A stretch of 64,000 bases of DNA, from contig CM052817.1 in NCBI GenBank assembly GCA_028534125.1, positions 79,052,001 to 79,116,000 on the forward strand, read 5' to 3'. Below are positions 53,718 to 64,000 of this stretch, piece by piece (the stretch's first letter is position 1; every line of letters starts with the position of its first letter). The position numbers and the translations under genes are program-made. The notes under the pieces are model-generated. The model was not told the origin of the DNA, made no database searches, and saw only the letters and a program-made list of their open reading frames with translations. Origin of the DNA: Lama glama. Lineage: Eukaryota.

Positions 53718-54218
53718 NNNNNNNNNNNNNNNNNNNNNNNNNNNNNNNNNNNNNNNNNNNNNNNNNNNNNNNNNNNNNNNNNNNNNNNNNNNNNNNNNNN
53801 NNNNNNNNNNNNNNNNNNNNNNNNNNNNNNNNNNNNNNNNNNNNNNNNNNNNNNNNNNNNNNNNNNNNNNNNNNNNNNNNNNNNNNNNNNNNNNNNNNNN
53901 NNNNNNNNNNNNNNNNNNNNNNNNNNNNNNNNNNNNNNNNNNNNNNNNNNNNNNNNNNNNNNNNNNNNNNNNNNNNNNNNNNNNNNNNNNNNNNNNNNNN
54001 NNNNNNNNNNNNNNNNNNNNNNNNNNNNNNNNNNNNNNNNNNNNNNNNNNNNNNNNNNNNNNNNNNNNNNNNNNNNNNNNNNNNNNNNNNNNNNNNNNNN
54101 NNNNNNNNNNNNNNNNNNNNNNNNNNNNNNNNNNNNNNNNNNNNNNNNNNNNNNNNNNNNNNNNNNNNNNNNNNNNNNNNNNNNNNNNNNNNNNNNNNNN
54201 NNNNNNNNNNNNNNNNNT
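53718..54218. other. Assembly gap (~500 N)
   Basis: Run of n. Confidence 1.
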
Positions 54219-54546
54219 GTCCTTCTCAGACTTAGTGTGGGGGAGGGGAGGCACGGGGCAGGAGCGAGGAGGCCAGAGGACAGAAGCTTGCAACTCTAGA
54301 TCTAGTAAGATACTCTAAGATGAGAATAGCAAAGTGCTGTGGCGATTCAGGGTAACAGATCATCTAGTCTGCCTTGGGGAATAAAGAAGAGGTTTGTCAT
54401 AAATTAAATGTGTAACTAATGTTCTTTGTATAGATAGAACTTCTCAATTACTTTCACGTGTGAGCCACATGCTTAATCAGGCCCTGACAGTCGCTGCAGA
54501 ATGGTTGTTGGCTGGAAATAAAGGCAAAATTGCGGAGTATAGAGCT

Positions 54547-54639
54547 ACACACACACACACACTCTCTCTCACAGTCTCTCTCTTTCTCCCTCCCTCAATC
54601 TCTTTCTCTCTCTCTCCCTCTCTCTCTCTCTCTCCCTCC
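54547..54639. repeat. Compound (CA)n/(CT)n microsatellite
   Basis: Direct reading. Confidence 0.9.
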
Positions 54640-55873
54640 ATGGCCTCGTGCTCCCCACTTTCAGCACCTCTCCCAGAACATTCTTGGCAGGCACAGGTGT
54701 CTGTAGGCAGCCCTTTCCTCTGCAATTTTTTTCTCCTCACTTAACGCTTTTCATTTTCTCGCTGCCCTTCTCCAAGAGTAGTGCCATCAGTGTGGCCTGG
54801 AGCATTCTTTCCCTCAACACATCCTCTTGAACTCCTTTCCTTCCTTATCTTTCTCCTTTTCTACTCTCAGAGGAATTACCTCAGACCGCAGTGATCCTGT
54901 ATTTAACAATACTGTTGATTTTATAGGAAAATGAAGCCCATCATGGGTTAATGACTTGCTCTGGGTCCTGCAGCTAAATAGTGATAGAATCAATGGATTA
55001 TTAGACTTGGTGTCTTGATATCCCCCAGTTAGTATTTCTTTCACTTCCAGGTACTTCGATTTATTCAGCTCCTACTCTAGGCACTGGGAATAGGATAATG
55101 CAGTAAAAGTATGACCTCACAGGTCTTACGTTCTGGTGGAGACAGACAATAAACAAATATCTATTGTGTCCAGTATGAACTTTTCTGTAAAGAAAATATA
55201 GGGGAGCCAGGGAGTCGGGGTGAGAGGAACCCTATTTTCCAACGTTGGTCTGAAGGCGTTTCTGAGAAGACTAGAGGAGAAATCTGAATTGTTACAATTT
55301 AATTGTATTTGACAGCTGTTTCCTGAGCACCTGTGGAGAAGGCCTACACAAGTCTACTGCTTTGTATTACAGAAGGAGCAAGAATACAAATACTAAAATG
55401 GGAGACAAACTGTAAATCCTAAACAGATGCATAAAATGCAATCAAAGTGCAATTGGTTTCAGAGGGGTACAGCTAGTACCTTGTCAAGGGATTTTAAAAA
55501 TTGATGCGTCACTTGAATTAGGCTTTGAGGGAGGATATTTTATCAGACAGTGGAGAGGAGAAAGTGTGATCTGGTTAAGTGAACAGTGAAACTAAAAGAA
55601 GGAAAGTGCCTTTGTGTGTGTGTCTGAATTGAATTTCTAAAATGGCTGGAGTGGAAAGAGAAACAGCCACTTAAAGACTCAGCTTTGAATGGTATGTTTA
55701 ACTGATGGGTTTTGAACAAGTGACTTTTTTAAACTACTGACTGTTATAAATATTATGGTAAAACATGTCTGTCTTCCATCCCAAAAGTCCCTGTTCAGTG
55801 TCCTAAAGTCATCCTCAGAATCTCCACCAGATTCTCCAGTTAACTCTTTAATCCTCTTAATTAAATGTTTCTT

Positions 55874-56006
55874 GTTTTTTTATTTTGGGGGGGAGGTAAT
55901 CAGGTTTGATTGTTTGTTTGTTTGTTTTAATGGAGGTACTGGGGATTGAACCCAGGATCTTGTGAATGCTAAGCATGCACTCTACCACTGAGCTATACCC
56001 TCCCCC
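55874..56006 (-). mobile_element. Vic-1 type SINE
   Basis: Reverse complement of GGGGGAGGGTATAGCTCAGTGGTAGAGTGCATGCTTAGC...GGTTCAATCCCCAGTACCTCC. Confidence 0.88.
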
Positions 56007-56629
56007 TAAACTTTCTCTTTCTTGAATTTAAAATTAAAACCCTTCTTACTCAGTGTGTTGTCTTTAGTTGTGTTCATTTTAAGTATTTCATATTAATTTT
56101 GGCTTGTTTGCTGTACTGTTCTTGGGTACAAATAATGGATTTCAGCAATTTTCTGATAAGGTAATCAGGTTGCAACCCTACCTAAAACTCTCTTCTCATT
56201 GGAGAAATATACCAAATGTCAGATAACTGATATATTAACACATTTTTGAATCTCAGTTTATTTGTAAACTTGAGATTTTCCTGATCTGCCTCTTTCCCTC
56301 AATAATGTGGATCATTCAGAAACTAGCAGTTTATTCTACACAGGTCATCAGTTCTACAGTTGCAGTTTGTGTTGCAGTTTCTACATTTCTCAGATCTAAC
56401 ATTTTCATCATATATTCACTGTTTCCCTTAACTATACTGATCCATAGAGAGAGAAAAAATGAGTAATAGGCTATGTAAGTACAACTTTTCCTTAATTTTA
56501 GAAGAATTGGAGTCTTGTTTTTTAGAATATAAAATTTTCAACTAGCCTTTTAAAATTAATTTCATTTGATAAAGTTGTTATAAATCATGATTACTTAAAG
56601 AAGGAAAGAACACAAGAAAGCAAGTTACA

Positions 56630-56737
56630 GGGTTGGGGTATACGTATAGCTCAGTGGTAGAGCAAATGCTTGGCTTGTATGAGGTCCTGGGTTCAATCCC
56701 CAGTCCCTCCACTAAGGAAAATAAATAAATCATTTTT
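56630..56737 (+). mobile_element. Vic-1 type SINE (more diverged)
   Basis: GTATAGCTCAGTGGTAGAGC...GAGGTCCTGGGTTCAATCCCCAG; degenerate TSD aag..ttacagg. Confidence 0.85.
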
Positions 56738-59700
56738 AAGTGAATTACAGGAAATTAAAGATTAAGGTAATTTGTAAAAATGCCTAACAGTTATAAGAAG
56801 ATTAGTTCCATTCCTCCATAGTTGTTCCTCCTTTGAAAAATTCTCACTACCATTTTCAGCTCCTAGCCTGATGATTCAGCCCCTACTCTGACATTAAAGA
56901 CGAAATTAATCTCTGATGGTCCCACTGCTCTACTGCAGCAGGACCTGTCCTGTGACCAGCCAATCTCTCAGACCTGGCGGGGTCCAAATCTAAATCTCTG
57001 GGACCAACGGGATGCTTCCTGGTGCCCTCCTATCCTTCCTCAGCCAGACTCTTCCATCAAGTACAGCTACATGAGACTCCCACCCCCACACTCCTCTCCA
57101 TATGCAGGCCCCCACAGTTTGTATCTGACGGGGCCAAAAAGTCCAGAAACACCGCTTGGAATTTAATCTAAGCCACCCACCACCCACCTTGTCTCATCCA
57201 TCTCTGAGTGTCCCAGGGTGAGCAGTGGAGGTGAGGCTGCATCCCTCTGCAGATCCTGCCCCTTCCAGCTCCACCATCACTTCTACCTCCGGGAAGTGAT
57301 ACTAGAATGTAGTCAGCATTCTAGTGGCTCCCTAACCTTGAACTTCAGATTTAAAGGGTGTAATGTCCTTGGGGAAAATAGGTCCAGATTAACTTTCAGA
57401 ACCTCATCCTGAACCAACAGTGTGAAATTATTAGGAGACCCTTTAATCTCCCCTTATTGAGATCCACGTGCTCACTGGAAATTAAAAGCAGAGACTCCTT
57501 AGGAGATTTTTAGCTTTAAATGTCCTTCCACTGTTTTTTTACTCAAAACAGTATTTGAATTTATCCAGTAAAAAGTAAATCAACTTCCCTCATAGAAGAC
57601 TGAAATGTAGGTCTTGGGTAAACAATTAGGCAAAAAAGATTCTTATAGGAATCTTTCAGGCAGAATCGTTAAGCTTGATTAAGATCTTCAGAGCTATTAA
57701 TAAAAGGAAACAATAAAAATACCCAACTAATTATAAAACAACAAGCATCCTGTCTCCATTGTTTATTGCTGAATCTCAAACACGCAGCACAATGCCCAGC
57801 ACTTTGTAGTAGCTCGTTAAATGTTTTGAATGGATGAGTGGATGCATGAATGAATCCACAGTGGTGTGGGTTATTAACTGTAATCCACTGATATTCAGAA
57901 TGATGAAGATACAAAAAAGTTAAAAGGAAATCTTGAAGGAGAATTTTCCAGGGGAATAGATGTATTCTCAGACAGGGATTCTGAATTCTGGAGAGGACTC
58001 ATCTCTGGGTGGATAAACTTTTGTCTTATGATCGTACTAGTGTGTGACCTTTGACAATGATTTGATTTTTCCTAATTTGGAGCAGTGGTTAGGATTAGAT
58101 GAGCTCACTTGTTTAATGCTTAAAAATAACAGGGAGACTGGTTTCAATTTCTCATCTTTCTCCTTCCAAAAACTCTCACCACTAAACCCCACCCTCATTT
58201 CTTCCATGCTGATGATTCAGTCCCCACCCGTCCCACTCAAAAGCCAAAATTAGTCCCTGTGAATCCACCCCTCCACTGTGGCAGACTTTAGGGATCAAAG
58301 CCAACTTCTCAGCACTTGCCCCCACCCGGCCCTAACCCACTCCCACTCCTGGGGCCAGTTTATGGTCCTCTAAGCATTGATTTCTTTACCTGAAGTTTTT
58401 CTTCATTCATTCAACAACTTTATTCTGTGGCAAACCCTATCATAGGCACTGAGGATACAGTGATTTAAAAAAAAAGATACACAGAAGCTATCCAATTATA
58501 GCACTTGGTCTAGCAGATTAAATGAAATGATACAGCAGAACTCTGTTAACTTTAGGGTAAGAGGTAAGAGAGTAGGAAGTAGGCTTTTACAGGGAAAGCC
58601 TCTGCAGGGTGGGTGTGTATGTGGCGGGGAGGTGTCCTTCCCAGCAGTCAGCGTAACAGGGAACAAGGCATGTGATGGATGGAAGGACAGTGCTGATTTT
58701 TTCCCCTTTATTCAATCTTATTTGAATGAGATGGGAATGAGGGCTCAGGGAAGAAGAAAACTGACAGGAGAGAGATCTTGCCTGAGAAGGGAGATGAAGA
58801 GGCCCCACCTTCTGAAGGGGTGAAGGAAAGTGCGTAACACTCACCCTCTCACCCCCTGGACACCGCCATTCTCTGCACGGTTCCTCCTCTAAAATCTTAC
58901 CGTCTAATTCCCACCCCTGACTGCTTCCTCCTGTCTTCCGTGTAGTCATTCCTACCACATCTGCTATTCCTCTCTGACTTCACCCAGACCTCTAGCCTCT
59001 CTTTTTTCGCCCAGCCTACCATTCATCCTTTCTCCAGCTCATTTCCTCTCTCTCCTACCTATGGCCTATATATAGTAAGTCATTGCCCCCACCATCTGTC
59101 ATTATCCTCCAGTCCACTCTCTTCACACATCCATCTGACCCCTAGCCCACCATCACCTATTCTTATGTGCAGGCTGCCAAGTTCAGTTGGACACAACAAA
59201 ATTATACCAGATTGGCTGTGCAACAAATTTGGAGTTATCAATCTCAACTGGGCTCTCGGCTTTTCCTAGCAACTCTTTACTATGCCCCTGCTCAGCTCTT
59301 TTTCCTTCTCTCATAATATTTACTTTAGTCTTTCACTGCTCTCCTTAAGATCCCAGCCCTCAGCCTTTCTCCCAGCAGCAAGCCAACTTGCCCGGAAGCC
59401 TCATCCTACGTGCTCCTGCACGTTCCTACCCCCTTCTTTCTCGCTCAGCAGGTGAGAGAACCCTCTTCCTACCTAAAATTTAAGGTTCACTCTCCAGAAT
59501 AATAATCTTAGTCTCACCTGTATTTAAATCTTTTCCTTCCACTAGCTGCTTCTTGTCAGCCTGACTTCAAGCTGTTTAAGTCAGGACTCCCTTAGTTTCA
59601 AGTGATAGAAACCCAACTCAAGCTAGCTTAGGTAAAAAGGGATTTTTTTTTTTGGAAGGTGTGTCTGGCAGGGCCTTTAACTATAAACAACACAAAGCAT

Positions 59701-59817
59701 TCTAACTACCTTAAACAAAAAAATTATTAAAGGATTTTAGGTAGCTTAGCACAATGTCTAGAAAGACCTATAATCACATGATGAGGGGATTTCCTAGAAG
59801 AGTCTTCTGTTACAAAT

Positions 59818-60639
59818 CAGGGTTTCTCAACCACAGCACTAGCAACATGGTGGCTAGAAAATTATTTGTTGGTAGGGGACAAGGGAAGCTGTCCTGTGCT
59901 CTGAAAGATGTTCAGCAGCATTGTAAGCAGATAGGGTGGGGGGCTCCAGAGAAGAAGAACCAGGCAGGACTTTCTCGACAGAAGAGAAGCCATTTTTGAC
60001 CTAAGCCATGTTGTGATATAAGCCTGGCCACAATGCTTGCCCTTGAATGGATCTCAGTAATTAATGATCTTAAGGGAAGTGAGGGAACGGAAACAAAGGA
60101 GAAGCAGCCAAAAAATAATAGTTCAGCATAAACAGAGTCCTAGTTCCTCCTCAAGGAACACACATAATAGTCTGATACACAGCTTTGAGTTCTGCAGGAA
60201 TGAATGCCCACACATGGAGAGCAGAATGATGGTGTTGACCCTCAATCAGCTAAAGTGTGGACTCTGCCAACCGTGGCCCCGACTCCACGCTGAATTCTGC
60301 TCTGCCCAAGCCTCTGCATGAATATGCATGTATCCTTAGCTTAAAACTTCCCCAGTTTTGCTGTTTGGGAAGACACTACTTTGGGAAAGACCCCTGGTGT
60401 TCTCCTTACTTGCTGCAAGTAATAAATAAATCTTTCCTTCTCCCAATCTTTGGCTTCGTTGTGTCTTTTGGCCTGACACCCACCAAGAAGAGGCGAACCC
60501 AGTTTTCAGGTAACAGCCTCTCCAGCCTCTACCCACTATTTGTCAGTAGCAGCACCTTCCCCTGTTGTGACAAAAAATGTCCCCCAACATTGCCAAATGT
60601 CTCCTGCAGGGCCAAGCTGTCCCCAGTTGAGAACCCCTA
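59818..60639. mobile_element. MER20 (hAT-Charlie) split by a solo LTR
   Basis: CAGGGTTTCTCAACC...GATGTTCAGCAGCAT | CCAGCCTCTACCCACTA...CATTGCCAAATGTC...CCCAGTTGAGAACC. Confidence 0.85.
59922..60515 (+). mobile_element. ERV1-class solo LTR (594 bp)
   Basis: TGTAAG...GTAACA termini; 4-bp TSD GCAT/GCCT (3 of 4 match); AATAAA at ~60421. Confidence 0.8.
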
Positions 60640-60673
60640 ACCATATAAGGGATTCCCTGCTGAGCTGCAGCTC

Positions 60674-61127
60674 TGTGAAGTAAAATTCATATTTCATGGC
60701 AAGACAAGGAAAATTTAAATATAAATTCTCTGCACTTTGTCCTCCTTTCTCCCTGCACTGTGCGCTGTGTATCTGCATTTCGCATGGAACAAACCTTCCC
60801 ATCAGCAGGAATACCTGCTCAACCATCAAGAGTGACGTTCTTCTAGTATCAACAACTCTTTAAAAGACAACAGTCCTTCCTGATCTTGTAAGGGGTCACA
60901 TGACCCACCAGGATGACACTTGGATCTGGACTATGTAAACTGTCAATAATACATCATTTGATGTACAGCTCTCTGTCTCAAAAAATTTAAGTTAACTGTG
61001 CTTTGATTTCCAACAAGTAAGACAGTTCTCAGAGCTCTTTGAGGTTCTCTTCCCCAGGTTATAATCCTCAAATTTGGCTCGAATGACATTTCCATCTCTT
61101 TCTTGATTGATTAATTTCTCCTCTACA
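60674..61127 (+). mobile_element. ERV1-class solo LTR (454 bp)
   Basis: TGTGAAG...TCTACA termini with perfect 4-bp TSD GCTC (60670-60673, 61128-61131). Confidence 0.8.
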
Positions 61128-61879
61128 GCTCCATGTTTATTTGTTACTGTGTCACCCAGAAGCTGGCTTGGCCACAGCAAATGACACTTCCAAATCCTCC
61201 TCATTGTTCAGCTCAGCCCTCTCTCCTGAGCTCTAGGATCACATACCTACCTGCCCGCATCTCATGTCTCAACCAGGACAGGCCACAGGTAATGCAAAAC
61301 CAACATGCTCAAATTGAACGCATCATTACCCCTTCAAGACCAGCTGCTTCTTCCACATTCCCTGTTCTGGGTGATGACACCACTGTTAACTAGTCATTCA
61401 TGCAGAATCATAGCAGTATTTCTGGATCCTTCACGTTCTGTCATCAGCCCCTCCCACCACCACATCTAAGGTGGGAGATGCTAATAACACTTCTTTTCTT
61501 GCTCTGGCTCCCTTCTCCCCACTTGCTACTGTGATCATTTTCTACTGGACTCTTAATTGCTCCTCTCCCTAATTTGTCTTCTAAATGCAAATCTAATTTG
61601 TGTTACCCCATGCTTGAAATCAACAGAGCTTTAGCAGATCCAAACTGCTGGTGGGAAATACTCACAATTCTTTAGGAGCCTTTCTGAACTTTTCCTCCAA
61701 CTTTACTCCCACTCTCTACTTTCTTGCTAATAAGCAACTAAAAACTCCCTGTTACTGCATTTGTTATCTTCCCCTACCTTCTCTTCATTCGCCTGAAGCA
61801 GCACCTACTCCTCCTTTGAGACCCCGTCAGTAACATCTTCCTCTCAATTCTTTCTCTTCAGGCTCCTCTTTGGCCATGT

Positions 61880-62042
61880 GTCCTGACCCCTTGACAGCAA
61901 CCTTAGGACCCACCAGGAGCCACCTCCACCCAGCTAAGCTGCTCCTGAATTCCTGACCCACAGAAATGATGAGATTAAAAGTGTTTACTTTTTAAAGCTA
62001 CAAGTTCTAGGGAAATTTGTTACAGATCAATAGATAACTTGT
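61880..62042 (+). mobile_element. MLT1E/F-like LTR 3' fragment
   Basis: CCAGCTAAGCTGCTCCTGAATTCCTGACCCACAGAAA...AATTTGTTACAGATCAATAGATAACT. Confidence 0.7.
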
Positions 62043-63454
62043 TCAAATAGTTTACTTGCGGAAGTCAATGTAAATGAAATTCTAGACCCAAGTTCCAAGC
62101 TTGGGGTGCTCAATCTTCCTAACTCAAGCCTCCAATGGGTTTTAGCAATTCCCATGAACTATCTTTTATTTCTCTAGTTTCTTTTTGAAACACAGTAAAA
62201 CCAATTATGTTTTAGTAAATTAACTACTCAGTATTCATACAGCAAAATACAAAGAGTTCAAAATTCTGTTATTATTATTTAACATGGCCTTAAAGACTCA
62301 GCATGGGAATTGAGGGAACATCAAGACATGTTCTTTTTTATGTTTTGTTTTTTCATGCCATGTATTTACTAAAGAAATTAGTTCACATGTCCTGGAAAAT
62401 CTCTCACATTCTGGATTTGGCTGAGTATATCTTCACAGTGCTATTTAAATGTTCCTCTGCTTCCCAGGTCTCTCAGCACCCACAGTCCTTCTGCCCAGAC
62501 TGTATACTGTTTGATATGCAGCCTTTAGACATTATATATAGTAATAATAATATAAATAATAACTAGGCATGCTCGCATATATAGGCATATATGATTAAAC
62601 AAAATGTGCTTTCATTTTGGCTATTTTATGCAATTTTGGGTTTTTTAAAAAGCCACCATGTCCCAGATCACAAGAAGTGAAACATTTAGATAAACATTTC
62701 GTTTACCAAGGAAGTCTGAACTGCTTGAGTCAGCACCACAAATGAAGTCATAAGAACAGGATTCTGAAGATCAAGCAATACTTAGAATGAAAGACAAAAT
62801 TTCAATGTTTTCAAAGAACGCAAATGTCCATGTGGTGTTAATATTCCAAATCAAAATTATCTAGGCAATTTAAAGGAAACATTTAAGTTCTTTTAACCAG
62901 ATTAATAAACATGAAAGGAAGCCACAGTGGGGAGTGAACAGAGGACTCACAATGCTGCAGAATCACACTCTGTCCTGGACCAGCCCAAGAGCACTGCCTC
63001 TCAGCGTTTCGCAAGTATATCACATTTCCTTTGCCCTTCATCATCTTTCCTTCCAGTTTCTCTACAGGTCATCTAGGCCATAGTTAGCTATCAGGATACA
63101 TGATTTTAAGATCTGAAAGCCTAGGAAACAGGATTTACAACTACTAAATGGGCTCAAAACTAAGGGAATGGAGCAACTTGACACACATTTACTGAACACC
63201 AACCACATACAAAGTAAAGCACTAAGCTTTGCTGGAGACCCAAAGAAGACACATGTCCTCAAGAAAGACACATTCTTGTTTAACAATCAAGCTTCTATCT
63301 TTCCAAGTTCAGAATCTATAGGACAGAGAGAATCTAATTCAGTATTTCAGAGAATCAGCTAAGGATGTAATTTGAATTTCATAAAAAGCAGCCTCCACTA
63401 TAGAGAAAAGTTTTAAACCTTTTTACACAGTTAGTTTACATTTTAAAAATTAGT

Positions 63455-63830
63455 GTGTAGGAACAACCTAACTGTCCATCAGAATGAGAACAGATAAATT
63501 GTGGTATACTCATGAAATGGGATGGTATTCAGCAATAAAAAAGAACACAACAGTAGGGTATAATCTCAAAAAGAAAAAGAAGCAAGACACAAGAAAGATA
63601 GATTCTATCTGATCCCATTTATGTGAGGTTCCAGGAACAGGAAAAGTAAGCTAAAGTGATAGAAATCAAGAGTAAAGTTAACCAAAAGAGGAAAAGAAAA
63701 TTTTCCAGAAAGGAAGAAAAGATTCTCTATCTTGATTTGGATTATAATTACATGGGTGTAGATATTTATCAAAAATCACAATTTGCTTTTGTTCATTCCA
63801 CTTTATGTAAATTTTTTCTCAAAATAAAAA
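63455..63830 (+). mobile_element. Old L1 (L1MD/ME-like) 3' end
   Basis: AACAACCTAACTGTCCATC...ATAAATTGTGGTATACTCAT...TCTATCTTGATTTGG. Confidence 0.65.
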
Positions 63831-64000
63831 GAGACAACGTTAAAAAGTGTAAAATATCAAAACCAAATCATGTTTCCCCTTTGGAGGGATAACCTCTCTT
63901 TTAGAAGGTGTAAACAGGGAATTCAGAACTCCAAATAAAAGGAGACTTCACATCACACAAGCAGGATAAAAGTACGTATTTCCAAATACTTTCCAAAAAC

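Noticed and set aside
53664..54299. 211-aa and 203-aa ORFs
   Set aside because: Artefacts of reading through the N gap
1..64000. Prokaryote-style systems (CRISPR arrays, operons, defence islands) or a second gene
   Set aside because: Window is mammalian intron/intergenic DNA; no repeat-spacer array and no other coherent exon chain seen on either strand

Overview
Mammalian genomic DNA, almost certainly camelid (alpaca/camel), judged by six tRNA-derived Vic-1-type SINEs and camelid-type L1 3' ends. The window holds one complete protein-coding gene, ANXA5 (annexin A5), on the minus strand. It has non-coding exon 1 in a CpG island (~52957-53070), 12 coding exons (52740 down to 25187) and GT-AG introns throughout. 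The spliced CDS is 966 nt (321 aa, MAQVLRG...LLCGGEDD*), with a poly(A) signal at 24749-24754. The rest is intronic or intergenic sequence rich in transposon relics (L1, HAL1, L2/MIR, MaLR/ERVL/ERV1 LTRs, Tigger and hAT elements), plus a ~500-N assembly gap just upstream of the promoter. I found no convincing novel gene system. The best second-look items are: a ~300-bp local duplication whose second copy keeps the empty site of a SINE insertion; an L1 whose tandem-repeat 5'UTR is fused directly to the RT active site, with two nested micro-L1 insertions (one twin-primed/inverted); a CpG-rich, E-box-rich core inside an ancient Tigger13a; a CpG-dense patch at the ANXA5 stop codon; and a MER20 plus two solo LTRs ~7 kb upstream of ANXA5. 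Repeat family names and ortholog comparisons come from recall, not a database search.
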